A DNA stretch of 64,000 nucleotides from Octopus vulgaris (GCA_951406725.2 OX597833.1:29512001-29576000); one strand, 5' to 3'; shown: positions 1 through 11,988, numbered from the stretch's first letter. Made by a program: numbers and translations. The notes: generated by a model not told the origin, from the sequence alone.

Positions 1-166
1 TACACTCTCGGAGTGGTTGGCGTTAGGAAGGGCATCCAGCTGTAGAAACACTTTAGATCCGACTGGCCTGGTGCAGCCTTCGGGCTCCCCAGACCCCAGT
101 TGAACCGTCCAACCCATGCTAGCATGGAAAGCGGACGTTAAATGATGATGATGATGATGATGATGA
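1..166 (+). repeat. 3' tail of the RTE LINE family (dispersed repeat ending in (TGA)n)
   Basis: Matches the 3' end of the RTE at 7816-7980 (GGAGTGGTTGGCGTTAGGAAGGGCATCCAGC...CCAACCCATGCTAGCATGGAAAGCGGACG + (TGA)n). Other copies lie near 1695-2010(-), 2420-2610(-), 4795-4935(-), 8846-9045(-), 32440-32703, 36050-36277, 47290-47550(-) and 61485-61665(-). Confidence 0.85.
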
Positions 167-1385
167 CAAAGACCAGCAAGGACAAGTCCACCTGAATAGT
201 GACATGTCAGAGCCGTTTCCAATCAATAACAATGTGAATCAGGGCTGTGTCCTAGCACCAACTCTCTTCAGCATCTTTTTTAGCATGATGCTCAAGTAGG
301 CCACTGGAGACCTCAACACTGAAGACAGTGTCTACATCAGGTATCGTCTGGACAGCAGTCTTTTCAACATCTGGCACCTTCAGGCCCACACCAAGACTCA
401 AGAGCAATTTATCCAGGACCTCCACTTTACAGATGATGCCACACTTATCACACACGCAGAAAGAACCCTGCAGTGCACACATCCTGCTTTGTAGAAGCTG
501 CCCAGCTCTTCGGGCTGGAAGTAAGGTTAAAAAAGACTGAAGTCCTACACCAACCAGCTCCTCAGGAAGAGTACAAGATGCTCCATATCACCATTACTGA
601 AACAGAATTGAAAGTCAGTACAGCCATTCACTTATCTTGGATGTACCATTTCATCAGATGTGAGTATTGACAAAGAAATTGACAACATATTTGGCAGAAT
701 GCACAAACGTGTATGGAATAATAAGTATCATAAGATCAACACAAAAGTCAGAGTTTACAGGGCTGTCAACCTCACAATGCTTATATATGGCTCTGAGTCC
801 CGGGTCCCCTATTGCTGTCATTGCAGGCTCCTTGAACGTTTTCATCAACACTGCCTTCATACCATCCTCAACATCTACTGGAGTGACTACATCATCAACA
901 CTGAGGTCCTCGAGCAAACAAAGATCACCAGCCTGGAAGCCATTTTACTTGAGACACGACTATGTTGGACAGAACACATTGACAGGATGAAAGACTACCC
1001 AAGATCATCATGTACGGTGAGCTCACCACTGACCACTGCAACAAGGAGGAACCAAAGAAGCATTACATGGACTGCCTGAGGCAGTCCATTAGCATTTGTG
1101 ATATTGATTATCGTGAGTGGTCCACTCTAACAGCTCACCGTGCTGCTTGGCACCATACCATCAGTGATGCTGTTTTCTCCTTTGAGATCTCTCACAGTGC
1201 TTCTCTTGAAAACAAACGTCAGAGGCAAAAAAATAATGCAGCTGCATTATCAAACTCTGGACAACCTTACCTCAGTCATCATTGCAATCAGATATGTTGA
1301 TCCCACATCAGCCTTATCAGCCATGAATGAGCGTGCAGATGACAAAGAAAACAACCTTCCTATCTTCATCACCGAAGGCAAGAAT
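167..1385 (+). pseudogene. Degenerate RTE-BovB-like LINE, RT C-terminal half
   Basis: Frameshifted translation gives QGCVLAPTLFSIFFSMML, INTKVRVYRAVNLTMLIYGSE, RLLERFHQHCLHTILNIYWSD and MYGEL, plus a decayed C-terminal C2H2-like motif (CNQIC*SHISLISH). These are typical of the RTE-BovB clade. Confidence 0.8.
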
Positions 1386-3879
1386 TTACTTTAATTACTT
1401 TACTTTCTCTTTTTATTCTCTCTTGTTTTTTGTTAACATTAAGGATGGTCATCTAGCATCTTAATTTATACAAAGCAACATATCTTTATTTTTACTGACC
1501 AAAGCCAACCAAACTAATTTTTGGTTTCCATACAATGTATAAAATGTAAAGATAAAATTTTGTACATGTATTTGCAGTTGAATCCTTGGCATAACCATGA
1601 TGTTTTGGAGATCTGATAAACTAGCTTTATTTGCATTGATTTGTGAATATATAATTGTATTGTATGATTCATAGCATGTATATAAATGCAAATCATCATC
1701 ATCATTTAACATCTACTTTCCATGCTGGCATGGGTTGGATTGTTTGACAGGAGTTGACTAGGCAGAAGACTGCACCAGGCTTCAGTGTCTATTTTGGCAA
1801 GGTTTCTACAGCTGGATGCCTTTCCTAACATCAACCACACCACAGAGTGGACTGAGTGCTTTTTATGCAGCACCATCTCAAGTGAGGTCAATTCTAGCAT
1901 GGTTTTTACCTCTGGGTGCTCTTCCAAATGGAAACCACTTTACAGTGTGGACTGGGTGCTTTTTATATGGCACCAGCACTGGCAGGGTCACCAAGTAACT
2001 TGCAAGACAAAGATCCTTTGAGAAAGGAGGAGCCATTGTGCAGATGATGAAAGGTTAGAGTGTGACAGAAAGACAGAAACAGGTGTGTTGTTGTAGAAGA
2101 GGTACATGGTTAATCAGTCAGAGGGAGAGAGTAAGAGAAAGAGAGAGAGAGAGTGCAAGAGAGAGGAGAGAGATAGTGGCAAAGTGACAGGGCATACTCA
2201 CAAGGAATGGGGGATCTGAATATAAATGGGATGGTAGAGTAGAGCAAAGGAGCGACAGATGGTGGCAAAGTGCCAGGGCATACCCTTAAGGTATGGAGGT
2301 CTCTTATTCCACACTGAAATTATTAATAGATGTAAAACAGTTGTAATCATAAAGATATCAAGTGGTTAAATAGATATATTCCTCTCTCATACCTCCTGAC
2401 TTTTTATAGATTTTATATATCATCATCACCCTCATTTAACCTCCATTGTCCATACTGGCATAGGTTGGATGGTTTGACAAGGGCTGGTAAGCTGGAAGGC
2501 TACACCAGACTCCAGTCTGATTTGGCATGGTTTTCTACAGCTAGATGTCCTTCCTAAAACCAACCACTCCGAGAGTGTAATGGGGTGCTTTTATGTGCCA
2601 CCAGCATGGGTGCTATTTGTGTGACACCAGTATCTGCCATGCCTGTGATTTTGCTTGGCTTCATGGGTCTTCTCAAGCACAACAAAATGCCAAAGGTGTC
2701 GGTCATTGCTTCCATGAGGCCCAACACTCAAAAGGAACTCAGCCACTTTGCCTCCATGAGGCCCAAATACCTAGAAGAAGGTGCTTCTTTTCCACTCACT
2801 AAAGTGAATGGAGCTTTGCCCAGAAGGAAGTGATGTCATCAGATGGTATCCAATGATCATCAGCACTCTCCTGTTGGTGGGTCAGCAGAAGTGGCCAAAT
2901 CACTACCCATCATCTCTTGGCTTCCAGCTTAACCACTTGCACTATAACCAGCATGAAGATCAGTCTGCTACCTCCCCCATCCTGTGCACAGCCACCTTCA
3001 TGCTTTTCTTCCCATTCCAATGGCTGTAAGCATTCTCCATACTGATTGGGCAGAGAATTCTCTACAGTCAAACTCAACTGGAACAAGCCTTGACTGCCAT
3101 CCCTCCTCCCTGCAGGGAATTCCTGTTTAACAAAAACTTGATATGATATAAAATTTATGAAGGCATTTCTGAACTCAGCACCATCAAATTATGTAGGACT
3201 AATTGTAAAAAGCATGACAACTAAAAGTTTTTAAAAAAATGTTCCCCAGTGTTATCAATAAAATAATAAAAGCAAACAATGCAATTGTGTTTATTCAGAG
3301 AGTACGCTATATAAAAAAAATCTTGATGTGATAGAAGAAAATTCATAGTAGTTTTGAAACCAGCAAACCAATATTAGTCTAAATCAAGTGAAAAAGCAAA
3401 CGCAACAGAAATTATGTTCAAAACTTTTCTCTTGTGTAATCTGACTTTATAAAGAACTTTTAGTCTTGGCTATATTATTTATATTCCTTCTTTTCAAACA
3501 CAATGCATACACACATACATATGCATGGATATTTAAACAATTACACACATACAAATTTGCACACACGCATACTCACGTGCATATACATATACAGAGGAAA
3601 GACAGTTTGTAAGGAAATATGTAACATTTCCTGAAAAATAATCAGTAAAATATGGTGATCTGTTTATAAATGTTATTATTTATTTAGAGTAAGGGCGATG
3701 GATTTGCAGAATTAGTAGCATATCACTTTAACTTTTTTTTTTTCCTTTCAACTTTGTCTAAAAAGTTGAATTTTCCACTTGCCATGGTAAGTTCACTGTT
3801 CTCTTTTTATTGGTTGTATGAAATAATACAAGTTATGCTGGCTCAGTCCAACACTAGCCTCATTGGAATCTGTTTGATC

Positions 3880-3910
<31 letters not shown>

Positions 3911-3990
3911 TGTATGTATGTATGTATGTATGTATGTATGTATGTATGTATACACACATCTATATATTCATGCATGCATACATACATATA

Positions 3991-4946
3991 CAGGGTGTTC
4001 ATGCTAAATTTGACTATTTTTATGTCTCTTTTTTCAGGAATACTTTGATGTATAGGATGAACTGTTAACAACATTGGAGAATATAAAGATTAAAGTTGTA
4101 GTTGAGAAAAGTTAGCTTACAAGTAGGACTTGTATCAAGAGTTACTTGTATCAAGATGATCCATGCTGAGTATCAAAATGCTGACATCACGATTGTTGTT
4201 CAAGGCTCTGTGAAAACTGTCAAGGATGAAAGACATGACATGGACAGCTGCAATAAAGACTACAAAGCTGTAATCAGTAGGGAAGGACATAGTAAGCATT
4301 TTGACAGCACCTGCTCACTGGAATTCATTTGATAACTGAAAGACAAAGTGATGGAAGACCTGAGTATGGCTATGTGAAGCTGCTGGAGACTGTGGTTAAA
4401 CCCTGGCTGGAGAGAATTGCTGCTGGAAGGTTTTATGTGTAGCAGCAGGATTCAGCTCTTTGCCATACCTCCAGAAAGAATCAAAAGTGGTTATCTGAGG
4501 ATTTTTATGACTTCATCAGCCTCAATTCTCCTGATTGCAATCTCATAGATTACTGTATGTTGGGTGTGGTTGAGAAAGATACCAACTGCTCTGCCTGCAA
4601 AACCAAGGCTGAGCTGGTGGTCAAGATCAAGGAAGTGTTTTTGAGGTCATGGTGGAAGCTGAGGTTGGCTACTCTGAGTAAACTCCTACCATAATCTAAT
4701 TGATATTTACTTGATTTTAAAAAAAATACTTTTATGTTTGGATGGGATATTGTATTTTCTTTTTATACAAACCGTCAAATTTAGCTCAAACAACATCATC
4801 ATCATCGTTTAACACCTGCTTTCCATGCTGGCATTGGTTGGGCAGCTCGAAAGGAGCTGGTAAGTCAGAGGGTTACACTGAGTTCCATTTGTCTGTTTTG
4901 GCATGGTTTCTAAGACTGGATGCCCTTCCTAGCACCAAACAACCTG
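3991..4946 (+). mobile_element. Deleted Tc1/mariner-superfamily DNA transposon
   Basis: TA|CAGGGTGTTCATGCTAAATTTGAC left TIR. The right TIR (GTCAAATTTAGCTCAAACAAC...CTG|TA) is split by an RTE-tail insertion. The interior has decayed transposase motifs (QQDSALCHTSRKNQKWLSEDF, SPDCNLIDY). Confidence 0.7.
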
Positions 4947-5375
4947 TATATATATATATATATATATAAGACGACCAACATGGAGAAGAAGGGTCTGGAA
5001 GCTTAAAGACCCTGCAAATGGACAGAGATTTAGAGACATGTTACTTGAAGCCTTCGACGAAATAGAAGGGGGTATAGCTACACATGGGGTAGAAGATAAC
5101 TGGGTGCTTCTAAGGGACAACCTGCTGAAAGCCACAGACCAGATCTGTGGCTGGTGCAAAGTCCCCACAAGACCCAAAATAACGTGGTGGTGGAACAATA
5201 CTGTTGACAGGGCTATTAGACAAAAGAAACAGGCTTGGAAGTACTGGAAGAACGGTGGTAGCAGGGAAGTGTATCAGACTAAAAGAAGGGAGGCTAGGAG
5301 GCAGGTGTATTTAGCCAGAGGGGAAGCAGATAAGAAAAAATTTGCCAATGTCCTGCGCCGTGAAGATGAAAGACT

Positions 5376-5594
5376 GGCAGAGACGTTAGCACGCCGGGCG
5401 AAATGCTTAGCGGTATTTCGTCTGTGTAACGTTGTGAGTTCAAATTCCGCCGAGGTCGACTTTGCCTTTCATCCTTTCGGGGTCGATAAATTAAGTACCA
5501 GTTACGCACTGGGGTCGATGTAATCGACTTAATACCTATGTCTGTCTTTGTTTGTCCCCTCTGAGTTTAGCCTCTTGTGGGTAATAAAGAAATA
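5376..5594 (+). mobile_element. tRNA-derived SINE inserted in the RTE ORF
   Basis: A-box-like TGGCAGAGACGTTAG and B-box-like GTTCAAATTCC, central GCCTTTCATCCTTTCGGGGTCGATAAATTAAGTACC, tail AATAAAGAAATA. A near-identical copy is at 28479-28710 and a decayed one near 35020-35230. Confidence 0.85.
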
Positions 5595-5619
5595 GGTATT
5601 TCGTGTTGCAAGACAGTGT

Positions 5620-7407
5620 GTGAGAGAGAATCGTGACGTGGTAGGAGAGAAATGTGTTCGCAAGGATGACGACTCACTTGCACTAAATGAGGATGCAAAG
5701 AGAGAGGTTTGGAGACACCACTATGAAAGGTTGCTGAATGAGGAAAATGAATGGGATAAAGAGAGTCTGCCGAATGTTGACCCAACAGAGGGACCAGCAA
5801 TCCGAGTTGACAGTTCCTTAGTAGATAAGGCAATTACAAGCATGAAAACAGGGAAAGCCCCAGGCCCATCAGGAATTACTGCAGAGATGCTCAAAATATC
5901 TGGTAGTGCTGGCTATAGCATAGTCACCCGTATAGTTAACCAGGTGATACACGAAAGAGTCATTCCCAATGACTGGTGTAGCATCATAATTGTCAACTGC
6001 TACAAAGGTAAAGGTGACGCCCTAGATACAAATAACTACAGGGGTATCAAGCTGCTAGATCAGGTAATGAAGGTTACGGAGAGGGTTATAGCTCTACAAA
6101 TTAGAGAGAGAGTTAGCTTAGATGAGATGCAGTTTGGGTTCGTGCCAGGGAAAAGTACTACTGATGCTATTTTCCTGGTAAGACAGCTGCAGGAGAAATA
6201 CCTAGCCAAAGACAAGCCCCTATACCTGGCTTTTGTCGATATGGAGAAAGCTTTCGACAGGGTCCCCCGATCCCTTATCTGGTGGTCAATGAGGAAACTA
6301 GGGATAGATGAATGGTTAGTGAGAGCTGTACAAGCCATGTACAGAGACGCTGCTAGTAAGGTGAGGGTTGGCACCGAGTACAGTGAAGAATTCAGGGTAG
6401 AGGTTGGCGTCCACCAAGGTTCAGTCCTCAGTCCCCTCCTATTTATCATAGTCCTCCAGGCAATAACGGAGGAATTCAAGACAGGGTGCCCCTGGGAGCT
6501 CCTCTGTGCTGATGACCTTGCTCTAATTGCTGAGTCGCTATCAGAAGTGGAGGAGAAGTTTCAGGTGTGGAAGCAAGGTTTAGAATCGAAGGGCCTTAGA
6601 ATCAACCTAGCCAAAACCAAAGTCCTAATAAGTAGGAAGGTAGACCAATCACAAACGCCTTCAGGTAGATGGCCTTGCTCGATCTGTAGAAAAGGCGTAG
6701 GTAGAAACTCTATAAGATGCACCAAATGTAAGCTATGGACACATAAGAGATGTAGTAATGTCAAAGGAAGACTAACTAGGAAAATAGTTTTTATCTGTGG
6801 CAGATGCTCAGGAGCAATAAACTCTGAAAATATGCAGAGACCAACTTCTATCACGTTTCAGGGAGAAAAACTAGAAGTAGTTGATAGCTTCCACTACCTA
6901 GGTGACCAAGTCAGTAGCGGGGGCGGGTGTGCTGAAAGTGTAACTGCTAGGGTAAGAATAGCCTGGGCAAAGTTTAGAGAGCTATTACCCCTGCTGGTGA
7001 CAAAAGGCCTCTCGCTCAGAGTAAAAGGCAGACTGTATGATGCATGTGTACATACAGCCATGCTACATGGTAGTGAAACTTGGGCTGTGACTGCTGAGGA
7101 TTTGCGTAAGCTCGCAAGAAATGAAGCTAGTATGCTCCGTTGGATGTGTAATGTCAGTGTTCATAATCGACAGAGTGTAAGTACCTTGAGAGAAAAGCTG
7201 GACCTAAGAGGCATCAGATGTTGTGTGCAAGAGAGACGATTGCGCTGGTATGGTCATGTGGCGAGAATGGATGAAGATAGGTGTGTGAAAAAGTGCCACA
7301 CCCTGGCAGTTGAGGGGACCTGTGGAAGAGGTAGACCCAGGAAAACCTGGGGTCGAGGTGGTGAAGCACGACCTTCGAACTCTAGGTCTCACCAAGGAAA
7401 TGACTAG
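5620..7407 (+). CDS. Non-LTR reverse transcriptase (RTE ORF2 fragment). YADD reads CADD, so probably inactive
   Basis: 595-aa ORF with all RT motifs. WELLCADDL at about 6505 replaces YADD. A Cys/His-rich insert lies at 6676-6807 and there is a frameshift near the C-terminus. Confidence 0.9.
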   Translation: MRENRDVVGEKCVRKDDDSLALNEDAKREVWRHHYERLLNEENEWDKESLPNVDPTEGPAIRVDSSLVDKAITSMKTGKAPGPSGITAEMLKISGSAGYSIVTRIVNQVIHERVIPNDWCSIIIVNCYKGKGDALDTNNYRGIKLLDQVMKVTERVIALQIRERVSLDEMQFGFVPGKSTTDAIFLVRQLQEKYLAKDKPLYLAFVDMEKAFDRVPRSLIWWSMRKLGIDEWLVRAVQAMYRDAASKVRVGTEYSEEFRVEVGVHQGSVLSPLLFIIVLQAITEEFKTGCPWELLCADDLALIAESLSEVEEKFQVWKQGLESKGLRINLAKTKVLISRKVDQSQTPSGRWPCSICRKGVGRNSIRCTKCKLWTHKRCSNVKGRLTRKIVFICGRCSGAINSENMQRPTSITFQGEKLEVVDSFHYLGDQVSSGGGCAESVTARVRIAWAKFRELLPLLVTKGLSLRVKGRLYDACVHTAMLHGSETWAVTAEDLRKLARNEASMLRWMCNVSVHNRQSVSTLREKLDLRGIRCCVQERRLRWYGHVARMDEDRCVKKCHTLAVEGTCGRGRPRKTWGRGGEARPSNSRSHQGND

Positions 7408-7504
7408 AGACCGAGACCTATGGAAGTATGCTGTGCGTCAGAAGACCCGGCAAGACCAGTGAGAACAATCAAAATCAAATCATATATCAGAAAGCAAGGG
7501 TTAA

Positions 7505-7815
7505 GTGAACCATCCGTTCGTGTCCGCTGCCAGCCTCGTCTGGCACTCGTGTCAGTGATACGTAAAAGCACCATTCGCTCGTGGCCGTTTGCCAGCTCTG
7601 TCTGGCCCCCGTGTCGGTGGCATGTAAAAGCACCATCCGTTCGTGTCCGTTGCCAGCCTCGCCTGGCCCCGTGCCGGTGACACGTAAAAGCACCATCCAT
7701 TCGTGGCCGTTTGCCAGCTCTGTCTGGCCCCGTGTCGGTGGCATGTAAAAGCACCATCCGTTCGTGGCCGTTTGCCAGCTCTGTCTGGCACCTGTGGCAC
7801 GTAAAAAACACCCAC
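7505..7815 (+). repeat. About five tandem copies of a ~60-bp GC-rich unit in the RTE 3' UTR
   Basis: Repeating AAAGCACCATCCGTTCGTG(G/T)CCGTT(T)GCCAGC...TGGCCCCGTG(T/C)CGGTG...CA(C/T)GT with alternating variants. Confidence 0.9.
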
Positions 7816-7986
7816 TACACTCACGGAGTGGTTGGCGTTAGGAAGGGCATCCAGCCGTAGAAACACTGCCAGATCTGACTGGGCCTGACGAAGCCTTCCA
7901 GCTTCACAGACCCCAGTTGAACCATCCAACCCATGCTAGCATGGAAAGCGGACGCTAAATGATGATGATGATGATGATGATATATA

Positions 7987-8019
<33 letters not shown>

Positions 8020-8652
8020 GTTGATGCAAACAGGAAAAATAGAACCCAAAATATGAGTATATTACTCTTTTACTTGTTTCAGCCATGCTGAAGCATCACC
8101 TTTTAGTCGAAGATATCGACCCCAGAATGTATTCTTTGTAAGCTTGGTACTTTTTCTATTGGTTTCTTTTGCTGAACTGTAATGTTATTGGGACATAAAC
8201 ACACCAACATCGGTTGTCAAGCGATGGCGGGTGGGACAAACGCAGTCACTCTATGTGGACTGTATGGGCAGATTTTTGAAATCCAATGAATCTTGATACA
8301 TTTATACAGTTACAAAATTTTACAAATACACTTTCTCAGGGAGATATGAGATACCTATTATAATGGGTAATACTACATGTACTTTTCATATTTTTTATAG
8401 TGTGATGTACCTCTTAGGAATAACAATGTTTGCAGCTGAAGAAAGCTTTAAACCATCTTTTATATCAATTATACACTGATGTAAGAATGGGTTGTTTATA
8501 AAGCTTGAAACACGTGTACCACGATATCCTTTGTGTTCTGTTTTTATTTTATTTTATATATTCTCTCTCACCTCTGCCACTATCTGGCATAGACAGGTGC
8601 TTACACATATGTATATACATATGTTTATATATGTGTATATTTATGTATGTGT

Positions 8653-8686
<34 letters not shown>

Positions 8687-8721
8687 GCTCATACATACAT
8701 ATATATATATGTATATATATA

Positions 8722-8798
<77 letters not shown>

Positions 8799-8814
8799 AT
8801 ATGTGTGTGTATGA

Positions 8815-8846
<32 letters not shown>

Positions 8847-9059
8847 CATCATCATCATCATCATTTAGCGTCCGTTTTCCATGCTAGCATGGGTTGGACG
8901 GTTTAACTGGGGTCTGTGAAGCCGGAAGGCTTCATCAGGTCCAGTCAGATTTGGCACTGTTTCTACGGCTGGATGCCCTTCCTAACGCCAACCACTCCGC
9001 GAGTGTAGTGGGTGTTTTTTACGTGCCACCTGCACAGGTGCCAGACATATGTATGTATA

Positions 9060-10590
9060 TATATAAATGTATCCAAACAAAGAAGAACAAACAAGAAAAA
9101 ACAATAACGCAAGGACGTGGTACAAGTACTGTATTATCAGATGCTCAGGAAAGGAAGGAAAGAAGATTTAATGTTTCGAGCCTTGATCTTCTTCAGAAAC
9201 AGAGGAAAGTTCAAAGGTAGAGAAGACGTAGGAAGAAAATCGCCAATAATACACGTGCGGTTACGTTTTGAAATGACCGGAAGGGAATGGATGAAGAAAA
9301 AGTCCTTTCTAAGACAGGAGAGTGCAAGAGAAGGAGATATGTGTGTGTATGTGTGGGTATGTGCATGCGCACAGGTCTGTGTGTGTGTAATAATAGCACA
9401 TGTATATGCATATGTGTGTGTACGTGTGTGTGTGGTTTTGGCTGTTTGTATGTGTGTGTGAGTGGACTTTGTGTTGCTTAATGTTGTAGAAAAAATTTAC
9501 AGTAGGAATTTTAGGTAGGAGTGACTGTTTTTGTGTCTCCCTTCACATGTGCATAGGAGAATGGTCAGTAGAAAGGTGTTTCACTGGTAGTTTGAAGTAT
9601 ATGCATGTGTTTTTTTGTGCAGTGTGTGCCTGTGTCTGTGTGTGCGTATGTGTATGTATATGTGTGTATGTGCATGTATGTGTGTATGTGCGTGTAGTTG
9701 TGTGTGGAGGTATATGTGTGTTTTTTTGCGCATGTATGTGTGTGCATGTATATATATATTGTATGTGTATGTGTGTGTATATGAGTTTCTGTGTGTATGT
9801 GTTTCTGTATGCGTGTGTGCGTGCAGTTGTGAGTGGGGTATATGTACATTCCTTTGTGTGTGTGCGTGCTTGTGCTTGCGTGCATGTCTGCGTGTATGTG
9901 CATCTGTGCGTGTGTGCTTATGTCCATGTGTGTGTAATTGTGTGCATGTCTGTATGAGTGTGTGTTGTGTGTGTGGGAAGTATGTATGCGTACATGTACG
10001 TGTGTATGTATGTATGTGTGTGCGCGTGGGTTATGTGTGTGTATGTATGCGTGTGTGAGTGTGCGCGTGTATGCGCGCGTGTGTGTATGTACGTATGTGT
10101 ATGTGTGTGTGAATGTATGTGTGTGTATGTGCTTTTATGTGTGTTGTATGTGTGTGGTGTGTGTGGGAGGTATATGTGTGCATGGTGTGTGTATTTTCTC
10201 GTATGTGTCTATATGTACGTGTGTGTGTATGTGTGCGTGTACATAGAAAAAATAAAATATAATAAATTATAATAAAAAGGTCGATAGGGGATAAAGAAGT
10301 TAATATAATATAAAATGGTGCAATAAAAAACAGAAAATGAAATAAAGTTGCTTGTTGCAAGAGGTTGTAGAGACAGTCATTAGGAAGAGGGGATTGTGTT
10401 TAGTCCGAAGGGGATAGTTGTTCGTAGATTAAAAATATAACGCTATTCCAGGTGGAGTCGCGAGTATGTGGATCCGTAGTGCAGAGCGAGTTGTGGATCC
10501 GTGGGGCAGGTGTGACCGCGGGATCTGGTGCACGGGAAGGATCCGTGGAAGAAGAGAAGGTGCTACGGACCAAGTAGATCGTGTAGGTTC
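9060..10590 (-). mobile_element. Non-autonomous Penelope-like element relic with (CA)n-rich body and decayed minimal HHR
   Basis: Minus strand near 10500-10590 reads NLHDLLVRS...FPCTRSRGHTCP, the PLE thumb-to-endonuclease linker motif (NLxDxLVRS...FPCxRxRCxTC). HHR-like GTTT-CTGAAGA-AGATCAAGGCTC-GAAA-CATT-AAAT at 9166-9200(-). Confidence 0.6.
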
Positions 10591-10599
10591 TGGGCCACT

Positions 10600-11320
10600 C
10601 TGTTGTCCCGTTGTTGTTGCAGTTCCCAACCCAATGCTTTCCAAGGAATCCTTCCCAAATTTCTGAATCTCGGCCCACTCTGGCATTGAAATCTCTTAGG
10701 ATTATGATTTTATGATCGACAGGGGTTCCCAGGGGGAGTCTGCATAGGTCTGAGTAGAACTTGTCCTTGTCTGCTGAATCTGCTTGGAAGGTCAGAGAGT
10801 AAACATTGAAGATCGTGACATGCTGCTTGTTTTCCAGAAGGAGGTGCATGGAGATGATACAGTCCAGCATTGAAACAATGAAGTTTCTTATCATGAAACC
10901 AACACCTGAACGGCGTCTTTCTGATGGGAGTTTACCTGACCATTATAGGCTGTATCCGGCACCATGTTCTTTCAAGCTGCCTTTTTCTGGGAGCTGGACC
11001 TCACTAAGGTCTTTGATATCCATTTCTACTCTGGATAGTTCATGTGCAATGAAAGCAGATCGGCGTTCTGGCCAACCTCTGTCACCTGAGTCAAGAATGG
11101 TTCTGATGTTCCAGCATGCGATCTTCAGACATTTGGCAACATTTGAAGGGAGTCTAGAGTCTTTTCTCTCTTTGTATTAGTGCATATTCGACTGCTTGAA
11201 GAAGATGCCTGCTGGCCGCGGTTTGCCAAATGGATGTGTAGGAGACTAGCTTTCTTTAGGTCACCTTTTCTAGGCCCTCTCCACGTAGAGTAAGCAATTG
11301 CTCTCCCTAGATAAGGCTGC
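10600..11320 (-). pseudogene. 5' part of an RTE-BovB-like LINE (APE endonuclease), decayed
   Basis: Minus-strand translation gives LKIACWNIRTILDS, PERRSAFIAHELSR, LSEV, DKDKFYSDL and IILRDFNARVG, which are APE-domain motifs. Confidence 0.8.
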
Positions 11321-11340
11321 TTGTTATGTATATATGTTCA

Positions 11341-11397
<57 letters not shown>

Positions 11398-11488
11398 TAA
11401 TATAGGATGAAGTTTTTTTCTCTACAGAAAAAAATTTCATCAAGAAATGTGGCAGCATATTAAAATACCTTTACGGCTAAAATTACAA

Positions 11489-11921
11489 ACAACTTATAAG
11501 TAAGGGTTAAAGAAAATTATTTCAAAGCCAATATGCTAACAGATTTTTTAAATTGTCAATTTCCGCATAAAATATACTCACTACAGCAAACACAGAAGAA
11601 CTGAAGTCGGGCAAGCTGGCCGTTAGAATTTCTAAAAATTCGTTATCTCTATATAGAATCAATTTCGGATACGAAAGAATATAAATAAGATACTTACATG
11701 CGCCCATGGAAAAAGCCGAAGCAAAAAACATGAGTACATTTAAGTACCCCAGTTATATCTAAAAATAATTTTAGGATTTTTAGAAATTCTAACGGCCAGC
11801 TTGCTCGACTTCAGTTCTTCTGTCTTTGCTGTAGTATATTATATGTGGAAATTGACGATTTAATAATCTGTTATCAGCATATTGGCTTTGAAATAATTTT
11901 CTTTAGCCCTTACTTATAAGT

Positions 11922-11924
<3 letters not shown>
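11489..11924. repeat. Long inverted repeat (arms ~150 bp) adjoining (TA)n
   Basis: 11489-11639 is the diverged reverse complement of 11773-11924 (ACAACTTATAAGTAAGGG... / ...CCCTTACTTATAAGTTGT). Confidence 0.85.

Positions 11925-11988
<64 letters not shown>

Larger units (their letters stand above)
4969..7980 (+). mobile_element. RTE-clade LINE, 5'-truncated, with RT, 3' UTR tandem repeats and (TGA)n tail
   Basis: ORFs 5038-5523 and 5620-7407 are one reading unit split by a SINE. RT motifs: GKAPGPSG, NYRGIKLL, QFGFVPGKSTTDAIF, FVDMEKAFDRV, GVHQGSVLSPLLF, RRLRWYGHV, RGRPRKTW. Confidence 0.95.

Noticed and set aside
7505-7815. CRISPR-like regularly spaced repeats
   Set aside because: The units are contiguous with no unique spacers, there are no cas genes, and the context is a eukaryotic LINE UTR.
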